From NCBI GenBank assembly GCA_026195275.1, contig JAPHQU010000003.1, forward strand, positions 71,852 to 135,851: a DNA stretch of 64,000 bases, written 5' to 3'. This document shows positions 9,586-18,626 of the stretch, one piece after another. Position numbers and translations under genes: made by a program. The DNA comes from Minisyncoccota bacterium. Lineage in GTDB: Bacteria; Patescibacteriota; Minisyncoccia; Phycocordibacterales; JABMNX01. The notes beneath the pieces were generated by a model. It had not been told where the DNA came from and did no database searches. It saw only the letters and a program-made list of their open reading frames with translations. How positions within the stretch are numbered: the stretch's first letter is position 1; each line of letters opens with the position of its first letter.

Positions 9586-10437
9586 ATGGAGAAAGAAGTA
9601 CTCATCAAGAAGACTGACGGGAGCATGGAGCCGTTTCAGAGCGGCAAGCTTCGGCGCTCGCTTCGGCGCGCCGGCGCGAGTGACGAGCATGTTGAGGAGA
9701 TCGTCGCTGAGGTGCTCGGTATGCTTGAGTCGAGGATGAGCACGACACAGATTTACAAGAAAGCTCATTCTTTGCTCCGTAAAAAAGAGGCGTGCACAGT
9801 AACGGCGAGGTATTCGTTGAAAAGAGCAGTCTTCGCACTCGGGCCAAGTGGTTTCCCATTTGAGGCATTCATCGGTGAGTTGTATCAAGCAGAAGGATAT
9901 CGTGTGAGTAACAACGATATTCTTGAAGGTCGCTGTGTATCACACGAGACTGATATGCTTGCCACTTCAGACAACAAGACCATTGCCGCGGAAATAAAAT
10001 TTCACAATCGCCTGGGGATTAAGACCGACCTTAAAGCTGCTCTTTACGTAAAAGCGCGATTCGATGACCTTGTTGGTGTCTACGATAAGAAGCTGGATGT
10101 GACGATTAGTGAAGGGGTGCTTATCACCAATACGAAGTTTACAAGTAACGCCGAGCGTTACGGAACATGTGCCGGACTCTCGATGATATCATGGAGTTAT
10201 CCGCATAAAGATGGCAATCTGCACGCGAGGATCATTGGTGCCGGTCTCCATCCGGTAACTTGCCTCCCGTCTATCTCAAGCAGGGAGAAGCGAATCTTGC
10301 TTGAGCACAACCTTGTCTTGTGTCGTGACATAAAAGAACACTCGGGCGAGTTGGTCAGATACGGTATCTCAGAGAAAAAAATACCCGTACTCCTTGAGGA
10401 GGCGTCAACCTTGTGTCAGTCCTGCGAGAAAGTGTAG
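9586..10437 (+). CDS. ATP-cone domain fused to PD-(D/E)XK (Mrr-like) endonuclease fold
   Basis: N-terminal IKKTDGSMEPFQSGKL ATP-cone; GFPFE, HETD..AEIKFHN, ITNTKFT. Confidence 0.75.
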   Translation: MEKEVLIKKTDGSMEPFQSGKLRRSLRRAGASDEHVEEIVAEVLGMLESRMSTTQIYKKAHSLLRKKEACTVTARYSLKRAVFALGPSGFPFEAFIGELYQAEGYRVSNNDILEGRCVSHETDMLATSDNKTIAAEIKFHNRLGIKTDLKAALYVKARFDDLVGVYDKKLDVTISEGVLITNTKFTSNAERYGTCAGLSMISWSYPHKDGNLHARIIGAGLHPVTCLPSISSREKRILLEHNLVLCRDIKEHSGELVRYGISEKKIPVLLEEASTLCQSCEKV

Positions 10438-10465
10438 AATGGAACATATAAGTAGATATCTGCGT

Positions 10466-10987
10466 ATGCAATTCTTACCATCAAAAGAGAACCAGAAGCT
10501 CGTCTTTACATTCATTGCAGGGGCGTTTGTCGGTGTCTTTGTGTCATGGATGTGGGTGGCGACTCAAGAGGCTCTTGCTCCAACTACATCAATGGTTGAC
10601 GTTGAGGGAGAACAAGCTCTCGATGATCTAGACACACCTCCAGAGAACATCTTCTCTGGCGCGAATATTGATAATAAAGCGATAGTGGTTCCAGACCAAC
10701 GCCCCGGCACACAGGTGTTCATTGATACAGCGATACTTTCGGAAGATGGGTGGGTGGTGATTCATGAAGGAACCGCGAGCGAGATCGGTAATGCGCTTGG
10801 TGCTGCCCGGTTTGATGCTGGTGAACACAGTGGAGTTGTTGATCTTTTGCGTGCGACAGAGCCGGGGACTCTGTATCGTGCAGTACTCTATCGAGACAAC
10901 GGCGACCGCGAGTTTAACCTTGATGAGGATTTTCCATTCCTTCAGGACGGGAACCAACCAGTTCTCAGTACTTTTATTGTTCAGTAA
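10466..10987 (+). CDS. Hypothetical membrane-anchored protein with beta-rich C-terminal domain
   Basis: One N-terminal TM, acidic linker, GWVVIH..AVLYRDNGD..F; start codon uncertain. Confidence 0.6.
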   Translation: MQFLPSKENQKLVFTFIAGAFVGVFVSWMWVATQEALAPTTSMVDVEGEQALDDLDTPPENIFSGANIDNKAIVVPDQRPGTQVFIDTAILSEDGWVVIHEGTASEIGNALGAARFDAGEHSGVVDLLRATEPGTLYRAVLYRDNGDREFNLDEDFPFLQDGNQPVLSTFIVQ

Positions 10988-10997
10988 TATCTGACAC

Positions 10998-11507
10998 ATG
11001 GAGCCGATATTCTTTAGCTCAACCTTTATCATCTTCGGGAAGATCCTTCTTGCGGTCGTTCTTGGTGTGCTTTTAGGGACTGAGCGCTCAGTCTTTGCGA
11101 ACAAACGTGCAGGTATGCGCACGTACGCGCTTGTTTCGCTCGCAGCATGTCTCTTTGCAGTTATCTCAGTCCAGGTAACTTCGCAGTATCTTGGGCTCGT
11201 TACTTTCGACCCAATGCGTGTTGCTGCGGGGATCATCACTGGTATCGGTTTCCTTGGCACCGGACTTATCATTTTCCATGACAACAAGCTCCAAGGGCTT
11301 ACCACGGCCGCCGGGCTCTGGGTCGCGGCGGGTATCGGTCTTGCGGTCGCCTATGAGCTCTATGCGGTTGCGATCTTCACGACAATCATCACTGTTCTCA
11401 TCTTCTCGCTCCTCTGGAATCTTGAGGAGTGGTTTGGTCGTATCGCTGATACGCACCGACGTGTACGCCTTGAGCGCGAGCAACAAAAAGGAGAACCACG
11501 AGTTTAG
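10998..11507 (+). CDS. MgtC/SapB family membrane protein
   Basis: GTER..AGMRTYALV, DPMRVAAGIITGIGFLG, GLTTAAGLW. Confidence 0.92.
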   Translation: MEPIFFSSTFIIFGKILLAVVLGVLLGTERSVFANKRAGMRTYALVSLAACLFAVISVQVTSQYLGLVTFDPMRVAAGIITGIGFLGTGLIIFHDNKLQGLTTAAGLWVAAGIGLAVAYELYAVAIFTTIITVLIFSLLWNLEEWFGRIADTHRRVRLEREQQKGEPRV

Positions 11508-11512
11508 ACACC

Positions 11513-11546
11513 AAAAGGGCTCGTCAATTCTGACGAGCCCTTTTTT
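11513..11546 (+). terminator. Intrinsic terminator
   Basis: AAAAGGGCTCGTCA-ATTC-TGACGAGCCCTTTTTT. Confidence 0.75.
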
Positions 11547-11570
11547 CTTTGTGCTATACTAAGAGCAACT

Positions 11571-12431
11571 ATGGGAGCATTTTATAATCCGGACCGAGGA
11601 GCTGACTGGAATTACGGCGGTAGGAAGTGGCGTCTTTCTCGCTCGAAGATAGACCTCTTTATGGAGTGTCCTCGCTGCTTTTGGCTTGATAACAAGCTTG
11701 GTACGAAGCGTCCACCCGGATACCCACTCAACCTCAACATCGCAGTCGACACACTCTTAAAGAAAGAGTTTGATATTCACCGCAAGAACAAGACCCCACA
11801 CCCATTCATGGAAGAGTACGGGATTGACGCAGTGCCATTCCAGCACAAAGACATCGATCTTTGGCGCGACAACTTCAAAGGCGCTGAGTTTCTCCACGAG
11901 CCAACCGGACTTACAGTTTCTGGAGCAATTGATGACGTGTGGGTCTCGCCAGACGGAGAACTTATCATTGTCGACTACAAAGCAACGAGCAAGAATGGTG
12001 ACGTGAATCTCGATGCAGAATGGCAGGATGGTTACAAACGGCAGATGGAAGTGTATCAGTGGCTTTTCAGGCAAAATGGTTTCAAAGTCTCCGACACCGG
12101 CTATTTTGTCTACGTGAACGGACGCACCGACGTCGATCAATTTGACGGGAAGCTCGAGTTTGAGATCAAGCTCCTTCCATACACCGGCAAGGACACGTGG
12201 ATTGAGCCGGTACTCCGCGAGATTAAGGCGTGTCTTGAGAGCAATACAATTCCCGCAATCGGAAAAGAATGTGATTACTGCCCATACCGCGAAGTTGCCG
12301 GTAAAAAGCTCTTGAAAGTGCACACGGGGCAGGTTGGCGCAAAGAAGACTGAAGAAAAGCCTATTACAGTAAGAAAGGCAAAGGAGCCCAATGACACGAG
12401 CGAAGACGTCAAAACCGATTCACTGTTTTAG
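11571..12431 (+). CDS. PD-(D/E)XK nuclease, RecB/Cas4-like
   Basis: LSRSKI..CPRC, GAIDD..IVDYK, QMEVY, CDYCPY. Confidence 0.85.
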   Translation: MGAFYNPDRGADWNYGGRKWRLSRSKIDLFMECPRCFWLDNKLGTKRPPGYPLNLNIAVDTLLKKEFDIHRKNKTPHPFMEEYGIDAVPFQHKDIDLWRDNFKGAEFLHEPTGLTVSGAIDDVWVSPDGELIIVDYKATSKNGDVNLDAEWQDGYKRQMEVYQWLFRQNGFKVSDTGYFVYVNGRTDVDQFDGKLEFEIKLLPYTGKDTWIEPVLREIKACLESNTIPAIGKECDYCPYREVAGKKLLKVHTGQVGAKKTEEKPITVRKAKEPNDTSEDVKTDSLF

Positions 12432-12437
12432 AAAGTT

Positions 12438-12683
12438 ATGTTTACAAAGAGAGTACTAGACATCGTTCGAAATATTCCAAAAGGGGAGACGCTCTCGTAC
12501 AAAGAAGTCGCTTTCCGTGCCGGCTCACCCCGCGCGTATCGCAAGGTGGGGAGTATTATGAAGGCAAACTATGACCCTAACATTCCCTGTCATCGTGTTA
12601 TCAAGTCAGATGGCTCAGTGGGCGAATACAACCGCGGCAAGGAACAGAAATATGAAAAACTGAAAGCAGAAAAAGCCATTTAA
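12438..12683 (+). CDS. O6-alkylguanine-DNA alkyltransferase (MGMT family), C-terminal domain only
   Basis: IPKGETLSYKEVA..RAYRKVG..IPCHRVI. Confidence 0.88.
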   Translation: MFTKRVLDIVRNIPKGETLSYKEVAFRAGSPRAYRKVGSIMKANYDPNIPCHRVIKSDGSVGEYNRGKEQKYEKLKAEKAI

Positions 12684-12686
12684 GAG

Positions 12687-13367
12687 TTACGAGCACCAGT
12701 CGATTTTGCCGCGGCCGTACTTCTTTAAGTATTCGTTGGAGAGGGTAAAGTGGTTGTTGCCAAAGAATCCACGGTGTGCGGAGAGGGGGGAGGGGTGTGG
12801 CGAGGTGAGGACGAGATGCTTCGTGCCATCGATAAGCCACTGCTTTTGCCCGGCAAATGCACCCCAGAGCAAGAAGACAATGTGCTCGTAGTTCTCAGAG
12901 AGTGCCGAGATAACCGCGTCGGTAAATGTATGCCAGCCGTACTCTGCGTGTGAGTTTGCCTCGCCACTGCGTACAGAGAGCGACGCATTGAGGAGTAGTA
13001 CTCCTTGTTTCTCCCAGCGGGTGAGATTCGGGTCTTTGTTGCAGTCTTTGTGGTATTCAGACTCGATTTCTTTAAATATATTTTGAAGCGAGGGTGGCAC
13101 TCGGTTCTCAGAGTGAGTCGAGAACGCGAGGCCGTCGGCAACGCCCGGTGTGTGGTATGGGTCTTGCCCGAGGATAACGACGCGGACATCTTGCGGTTCG
13201 CAGAGCTCAAACGCGCGAAAGACTTGCTGAGGAGGAGGGAAGACCGAGCGCGCAAGATACTCCTCGCGCACCTTCTCGGCAAGCTCTGTAAAATATGGCT
13301 TATCAAACTCGTGAGCAATAAGCCTTTTCCACTCGTCTGGCACATGCACGTTTTCAGACCCTGTCAT
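12687..13367 (-). CDS. ung: Uracil-DNA glycosylase family 1
   Basis: GQDPYH, PPSLQNI, GVLLLN, HPSPLS. Confidence 0.97.
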   Translation of the reverse strand: MTGSENVHVPDEWKRLIAHEFDKPYFTELAEKVREEYLARSVFPPPQQVFRAFELCEPQDVRVVILGQDPYHTPGVADGLAFSTHSENRVPPSLQNIFKEIESEYHKDCNKDPNLTRWEKQGVLLLNASLSVRSGEANSHAEYGWHTFTDAVISALSENYEHIVFLLWGAFAGQKQWLIDGTKHLVLTSPHPSPLSAHRGFFGNNHFTLSNEYLKKYGRGKIDWCS

Positions 13368-13395
13368 ATTATCTCAAGTGTAGCAGTGGTGTATA

Positions 13396-13830
13396 ATGAA
13401 ATCTACTATGTGGGCTATTTACGCATTTATCTCGGCTATTACCGCGGCACTTGTCGCAATCTTTGCAAAGATGGGGCTTAAGGACATTGATTCGACGCTC
13501 GCAACAACCGTGCGCGCGATCATCATGGCGGGGTTCCTTATCATTGTGAGTTTCTTTTTAAAAAAATTCGACGGATTCTCACTCACAAGCTTTGGTGGAA
13601 AAGAATGGCTCTTAATATTCCTCGCAGGTATTGCGGGTGCGCTTTCGTGGCTCTTTTACTTTCTCGCACTTAAGACAGGGACGGCAAGCGGCGTCGTAGC
13701 AATCGACCGTATGAGCATTGTCTTCGTGGTGATCCTTGCTGCACTTTTCCTCGGTGAAGGATTCGGCTGGAAGGCGGTCATTGGCGCACTCCTTATGACA
13801 GGTGGCGCAATATTGATAACACTCCGATAG
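13396..13830 (+). CDS. EamA/DMT family transporter (single repeat)
   Basis: 5 TM segments; IFAKMGL..DSTLAT..R, GALSWLFYFLAL. Confidence 0.85.
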   Translation: MKSTMWAIYAFISAITAALVAIFAKMGLKDIDSTLATTVRAIIMAGFLIIVSFFLKKFDGFSLTSFGGKEWLLIFLAGIAGALSWLFYFLALKTGTASGVVAIDRMSIVFVVILAALFLGEGFGWKAVIGALLMTGGAILITLR

Positions 13831-13838
13831 GAGGGTGG

Positions 13839-15101
13839 TTACGAGAGTATTTCGCGGAGCTTTTCTTCGTCAATCCTTGGACCGATTCCGGCAAAGTGGT
13901 AATGCTCCGGCTTGAGGAGTTCCTTCGCAAGCATATGAACATCTTCAGTGGTAACCGCCGCCACGCTCTCTTTTAATTGCTCAAACGAACCGTCTTCTTT
14001 GTCGAGAAGTCTCTTTTGTGCAAAATGGAGCGCAACTTCCTCGGTATCTTCTGTTTTGAGGTCAAGTTTCCCGTTTATGTATGACCGGGCTTTCTTCAGC
14101 TCAGCGGTACTTATGCCGTCTTTGGCAATACGATTATACTCTTCACGAATGGCACGAGCAGCAGGAAGCACTTGGTCAAGACGCACACCGGCGCGCGTGG
14201 TAAGAAGTCCGGTGTCGGTGAACCCCTCGGCCTGGGTGTGTATTGAGTAGCAAAGACCTTTCTCTTCACGGATTGTCTGGAACATACGCGATGACATATT
14301 GCCACCAAGGATTGTGGCGAGCACCTTAAGGGTCGGGAACCGCTCATCGCCTCTGGGGACCGCACGGACGCCAAAGTTTATATGATACTGCTCGGTTTGT
14401 TTTTCTCGGATGGCGTATTTTTCTGTTGCGAGTTCATGGTCAAAAGGGGGCTCGTGTTTTGTTTGTGTTGTGTCATTGAAATGGAAATATCTCTCTAATT
14501 CGTCGAGATCTTTTTGTGTAACTGCCCCAGCGAGTGTGATTACGATATTTTCAGGGACATAGAGTCCATTACGAAATGAAAGAAAGTCCTCCCGCTTCAC
14601 TGACGTGATCACCTCCCGGGTGCCAATCTCGTCACGGCCAAGCGGCTGATCACCAAAGAGAACTCGCTCAAAGTCCCAAGCGACTTGGTAGATTGGCATA
14701 TCGAGATACATCGCCATCTCTTCAAGGATAACCCCGCGTTCTTTCTCTATTTCTTCTTCTGGAAACCGCGCATTAAGAAGCATGTCACTTAAGACTGAGA
14801 GCGCGGTTTTTTGATGCTCCTTACTCGCCTTAACATAATACCCAGCGACTTCCTTTGCGGTAAACGCGTTGAATTCGCCACCAACCTCGTCAATCGCTTC
14901 GCTCACTTCCTTTGGGGTTTTATACTTTTCACCGCCTTTGAAAAACATATGCTCAAGAAAATGAGCGATCCCGGCATTCGAGAGGTCTTCATATCGTGAT
15001 CCGGCGCCAGCGAGAATAAGAGCAGTGACGACATTTGTTCCGGGCATTTCTACCACTTGTAGCGTCAGACCGTTATCTAGTTTTCTCGTATGTAGTCTCA
15101 T
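13839..15101 (-). CDS. M16 family zinc peptidase (pitrilysin-like)
   Basis: GIAHFLEHMFFKG, NAFT, GGNMSSRMFQTIRE; start uncertain (15101-15110). Confidence 0.93.
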   Translation of the reverse strand: MRLHTRKLDNGLTLQVVEMPGTNVVTALILAGAGSRYEDLSNAGIAHFLEHMFFKGGEKYKTPKEVSEAIDEVGGEFNAFTAKEVAGYYVKASKEHQKTALSVLSDMLLNARFPEEEIEKERGVILEEMAMYLDMPIYQVAWDFERVLFGDQPLGRDEIGTREVITSVKREDFLSFRNGLYVPENIVITLAGAVTQKDLDELERYFHFNDTTQTKHEPPFDHELATEKYAIREKQTEQYHINFGVRAVPRGDERFPTLKVLATILGGNMSSRMFQTIREEKGLCYSIHTQAEGFTDTGLLTTRAGVRLDQVLPAARAIREEYNRIAKDGISTAELKKARSYINGKLDLKTEDTEEVALHFAQKRLLDKEDGSFEQLKESVAAVTTEDVHMLAKELLKPEHYHFAGIGPRIDEEKLREILS

Positions 15102-15189
15102 AACCATCACATAGTATCACACCACCATCTGCTTACACACCTCGGGTCAGTTTAACGCTGAAATGTAGTGTGATATACTCGAAAGCAAT

Positions 15190-15405
15190 ATGAATCTACT
15201 TTTTTGGGGACTCACTATAGGAATTATCGGTAAAGTCATTCTCGGTTTTACGGTTATGAGTGTGCACTGGAAGATTGTGAAAGAACACAAGATAGACAAA
15301 GCGGTACTTACCGAGATGCGGCGGGAGCGCAACCTTGCTCTTCTCGGTATTATTTTTATGCTCGTAGGATACATTTTGGAGCTGCTATTCTATGAATTCA
15401 TCTGA
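15190..15405 (+). CDS. Small 2-TM hypothetical protein
   Basis: 71-aa ORF preceded by TATACT, overlapping the alaS start. Confidence 0.65.
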   Translation: MNLLFWGLTIGIIGKVILGFTVMSVHWKIVKEHKIDKAVLTEMRRERNLALLGIIFMLVGYILELLFYEFI

Positions 15406-17278
15406 GATACGACAAAAATACCTAGACTTCTTTAACGAGCGCGGGCACGCGGTTATCCCGTCTTCTTCACTGCGTCCGGAGAATGACCCCACCACCCTCT
15501 TTACCGGCTCAGGGATGCAGCCCTTGTTGCCATATTTTCTCGGAGAGGAACACTCAAAGGGCACACGAGTCGTTAACTCACAGAAATGTTTTCGTGCTGA
15601 GGATATCGAGGAAGTGGGCGACAATCGCCATACCACTTTCTTTGAGATGCTCGGCAACTGGTCTTTTGGTGACTATTTCAAAAAGGAGCAACTCCCGTGG
15701 GTGTTTGGTTTTCTCACCGACGTCGTTGGGCTTAACCCACAAAAGCTCTATGTAACCGCATTCCTCGGAGATGAGGTGCTTGGTATTCCGAAGGATACTG
15801 AATCGGCAGATATCTGGAAGGAGCTCTTCAAAGGAAAGGGAATTAACGCAAGAGATGCCGAGATTGGTTCGGAAGAAGATGGTGGTAAGCGCGGCATGAA
15901 GGAAGGCGAGCGCATTTTCTACTACGATTCTTCTAAAAACTGGTGGAGTAGAGCAGGGAAGCCAGAGAATATGCCCGCGGGTGAACCGGGTGGCCCAGAC
16001 TCGGAGGTCTTTTATGAATTCACTGACATCGAGCATGACTCCAGATTTGGTGAGCACTGTCACCCGAACTGTGACTGCGGGCGCTTTATGGAGATCGGCA
16101 ACTCGGTGTTTATGGAGTACCTCAAGAAAGAAGATGGTTCATTTGAACCGCTTGCGCAGAAGAACGTCGACTTCGGTGGGGGGCTTGAGCGTATTGCCGC
16201 GGCAGCAAATGATGACGCGGATATGTTTAAAATTGATTCACTGAGAGGTATCATCTCTGAGATTGAAAAGGTTTCCGGTAAGTCATATTCAGAAGAACAA
16301 TACCGGGAAGATTTTCGGGTTATAGCAGACCATATGCGCGCCGCAGTATTTATGATTGACGACGGAGTATTCCCTTCAAACACTGAACAAGGGTACTTTG
16401 TTCGGCGGCTTATACGACGCTCGGTAATGAAGGTGCGCTCACTTAACTTAGCAGAATCCTTTCCGCTCGGAACCGTCGCTCATATTGTTGCAGAGGTGTA
16501 CAAAGATTTCTATCCGGCACTCAAAGAGAAGGCTGACATCATTGATAAGACGATAACCGAAGAAGAAACGAGGTTTAATCTCACCCTTGAAAAAGGGATG
16601 AAAGAATTTGAGAAGTTGAGCAGCAGCGACATCTCCGGACATGATGCATTTGTGCTCTTTACCACGTATGGTTTCCCGCTGGAGCTTACTGAAGAGCTTG
16701 CGGTTGAGAAGGGAATCTCGGTTGAGAAGGCAGCGTTCGATGAAGAGATGGAAAGACATCAAGAACTTTCTCGAGCCGGTTCCGAGCAGAAATTCAAAGG
16801 CGGCCTCGCTGACCAGAGCCAAAAAACGGTTGAGTACCATACCGCCACACACCTCTTGCTTGCGGGGCTCCGCAAAGAACTTGGTGATAATGTGCATCAA
16901 GCTGGCTCAAACATCACCAGTGAGCGACTGCGTTTTGACTTCACGCACCCGGAGAAAGTCGACCGAGAGACACTCGATCGCATTGAAGGGTTTGTAAACA
17001 GCGCAATCAAAGCGGGCGCACACGTTGAAACCGAGACCATGAAGAAAGAAGACGCAGAGAGTGACCCGACTGTTGAAGGGAGCTTCTGGGAGAAGTATCC
17101 GGACGAGGTAAAAGTCTACACGATTAGAGACGACAACGGCATTGTCTATTCACGCGAGCTTTGTGGTGGCCCCCATGTGGAGAATACCGCCACGATTAGA
17201 GGAGTGTTTAAGATCGTCAAAGAGAGTTCATCATCAGCTGGCGTACGACGCATCAAAGCTGTTTTGGAAGAGGATTAA
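15392..17278 (+). CDS. alaS: Alanine--tRNA ligase (short form lacking C-Ala domain)
   Basis: LFTGSGMQP, HTTFFEMLGNWSFGDYFK, GGGLER, HTATHLL, ELCGGPHV, AGVRRIKA at the extreme C-terminus. Confidence 0.96.
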   Translation: MNSSEIRQKYLDFFNERGHAVIPSSSLRPENDPTTLFTGSGMQPLLPYFLGEEHSKGTRVVNSQKCFRAEDIEEVGDNRHTTFFEMLGNWSFGDYFKKEQLPWVFGFLTDVVGLNPQKLYVTAFLGDEVLGIPKDTESADIWKELFKGKGINARDAEIGSEEDGGKRGMKEGERIFYYDSSKNWWSRAGKPENMPAGEPGGPDSEVFYEFTDIEHDSRFGEHCHPNCDCGRFMEIGNSVFMEYLKKEDGSFEPLAQKNVDFGGGLERIAAAANDDADMFKIDSLRGIISEIEKVSGKSYSEEQYREDFRVIADHMRAAVFMIDDGVFPSNTEQGYFVRRLIRRSVMKVRSLNLAESFPLGTVAHIVAEVYKDFYPALKEKADIIDKTITEEETRFNLTLEKGMKEFEKLSSSDISGHDAFVLFTTYGFPLELTEELAVEKGISVEKAAFDEEMERHQELSRAGSEQKFKGGLADQSQKTVEYHTATHLLLAGLRKELGDNVHQAGSNITSERLRFDFTHPEKVDRETLDRIEGFVNSAIKAGAHVETETMKKEDAESDPTVEGSFWEKYPDEVKVYTIRDDNGIVYSRELCGGPHVENTATIRGVFKIVKESSSSAGVRRIKAVLEED

Positions 17279-17364
17279 TTCTGCGTACTGGAAGGTTGAA
17301 AGGGAGGTTCTATTCGGTGTTTTTTCGTTGCTCTGGCTCTCTTCGCACACTATAATAAAAGACA

Positions 17365-18570
17365 ATGAAGTCTCTCAGTACACTTGCACGTTTGTTTAGA
17401 AGAAAGGCGGGTCACCGCACGGTTGTTATATTTGATATCGGGAGTTCCAGTGTGGGTGGTGCGGTGGCACAACTATCACATAACGCACCGTGTGTAACCT
17501 ACAGTGTCCGCCGGATGATCCCCCTCAGCAGTACACTTCACAAGGAGAGTTTCCCGGGGCAGCTTGCGGACGCTCTTGTGGAGGTGGCAAAAAATATTCA
17601 AAAAAACGGGCTCGTAGAACCGGGAGGGAAGAAATATATAATTCCACGCGAGATTGTTTGTGTTCTTGGCTCACCTTGGCATCAGACCCAGACGATCACC
17701 GCATCTGTTGAGCAGAAAGAGAGCTTCTTGGTGACTGACGCGGTTATGGATAATCTGCTCGCACAAATACAGGAAAAGAAAGAGAAAGACGAAAGAGAAG
17801 GGGCGGAGGAGATGGTGACCATTGAAGAGATGATTATCGAATCGTCGCTTAACGGGTACTCAACCCAGTCACCAATCGGGAAGACCGCACGATGCATTTC
17901 GGTTGCTTTTCTTGAAAGTTCAACATTCCAGGCCACGGAGAAACTGCTTCGAAAGGCTCTCTACGAAGTGTTTAGTCCATCCATTCCGCTTGCGTTTCGC
18001 TCATTTACTCTTGCATCGTTTTCGGTTGTACGAGACATCCTAAGTCCACACAATGATTTCTTGCTTATTGATGTGACCGGAGGGACGAGCAACATCTCAG
18101 TCGTGCACAATTCGATTCTATTAGATACCGCCAACATCCCTTATGGACGGAATACGCTGATTCAGAATATTACAAAGGCGACAGGGGCGATCCCTGAAGA
18201 ATCTCTATCACGCGTTAAACTCTTTTTTGCAGGAGGAGACGACCAAGAGCTTCAAGAGTTGATTGGTGCAGAGGAGGAAAGATGGCTTAAACATATTACA
18301 GAGGCTTGTAAAAGACTCTCTTTTGAAGCGGTGCCACTTCCGTCGAAGGTCTTCGTTATCTCAGATCCGGTATTTGGGTCTTGGTTTAAGACCGTCCTCG
18401 AATCTCCAGAACTCGCTCAATTCACCGTAACAAAGAAGCACTTCGAGGCAATATTAATCTCAGAGAAATCCCTCGAAGAGAAATGTTCTTTTGAGAGAAG
18501 TGTTCAAAAAGACGTCTTCCTTATGACCGACGCGCTGTTCTACAGTAGAGAATATGGGGCGCATCAGTAG
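17365..18570 (+). CDS. Divergent FtsA/PilM-like actin-fold protein
   Basis: VIFDIGSSSVGG (phosphate-1) and LLIDVTGGTS (phosphate-2-like). Confidence 0.65.
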   Translation: MKSLSTLARLFRRKAGHRTVVIFDIGSSSVGGAVAQLSHNAPCVTYSVRRMIPLSSTLHKESFPGQLADALVEVAKNIQKNGLVEPGGKKYIIPREIVCVLGSPWHQTQTITASVEQKESFLVTDAVMDNLLAQIQEKKEKDEREGAEEMVTIEEMIIESSLNGYSTQSPIGKTARCISVAFLESSTFQATEKLLRKALYEVFSPSIPLAFRSFTLASFSVVRDILSPHNDFLLIDVTGGTSNISVVHNSILLDTANIPYGRNTLIQNITKATGAIPEESLSRVKLFFAGGDDQELQELIGAEEERWLKHITEACKRLSFEAVPLPSKVFVISDPVFGSWFKTVLESPELAQFTVTKKHFEAILISEKSLEEKCSFERSVQKDVFLMTDALFYSREYGAHQ

Positions 18571-18626
18571 TCTATGCACAAGATGTATTTGGTAATAGAG
18601 GTAAGATTAAGGTAGACTAGGAGTAT

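Noticed and set aside
11571-12431. Cas4-like nuclease as evidence of a CRISPR-Cas system
   Set aside because: No repeat-spacer array and no cas1, cas2 or effector gene seen in the window
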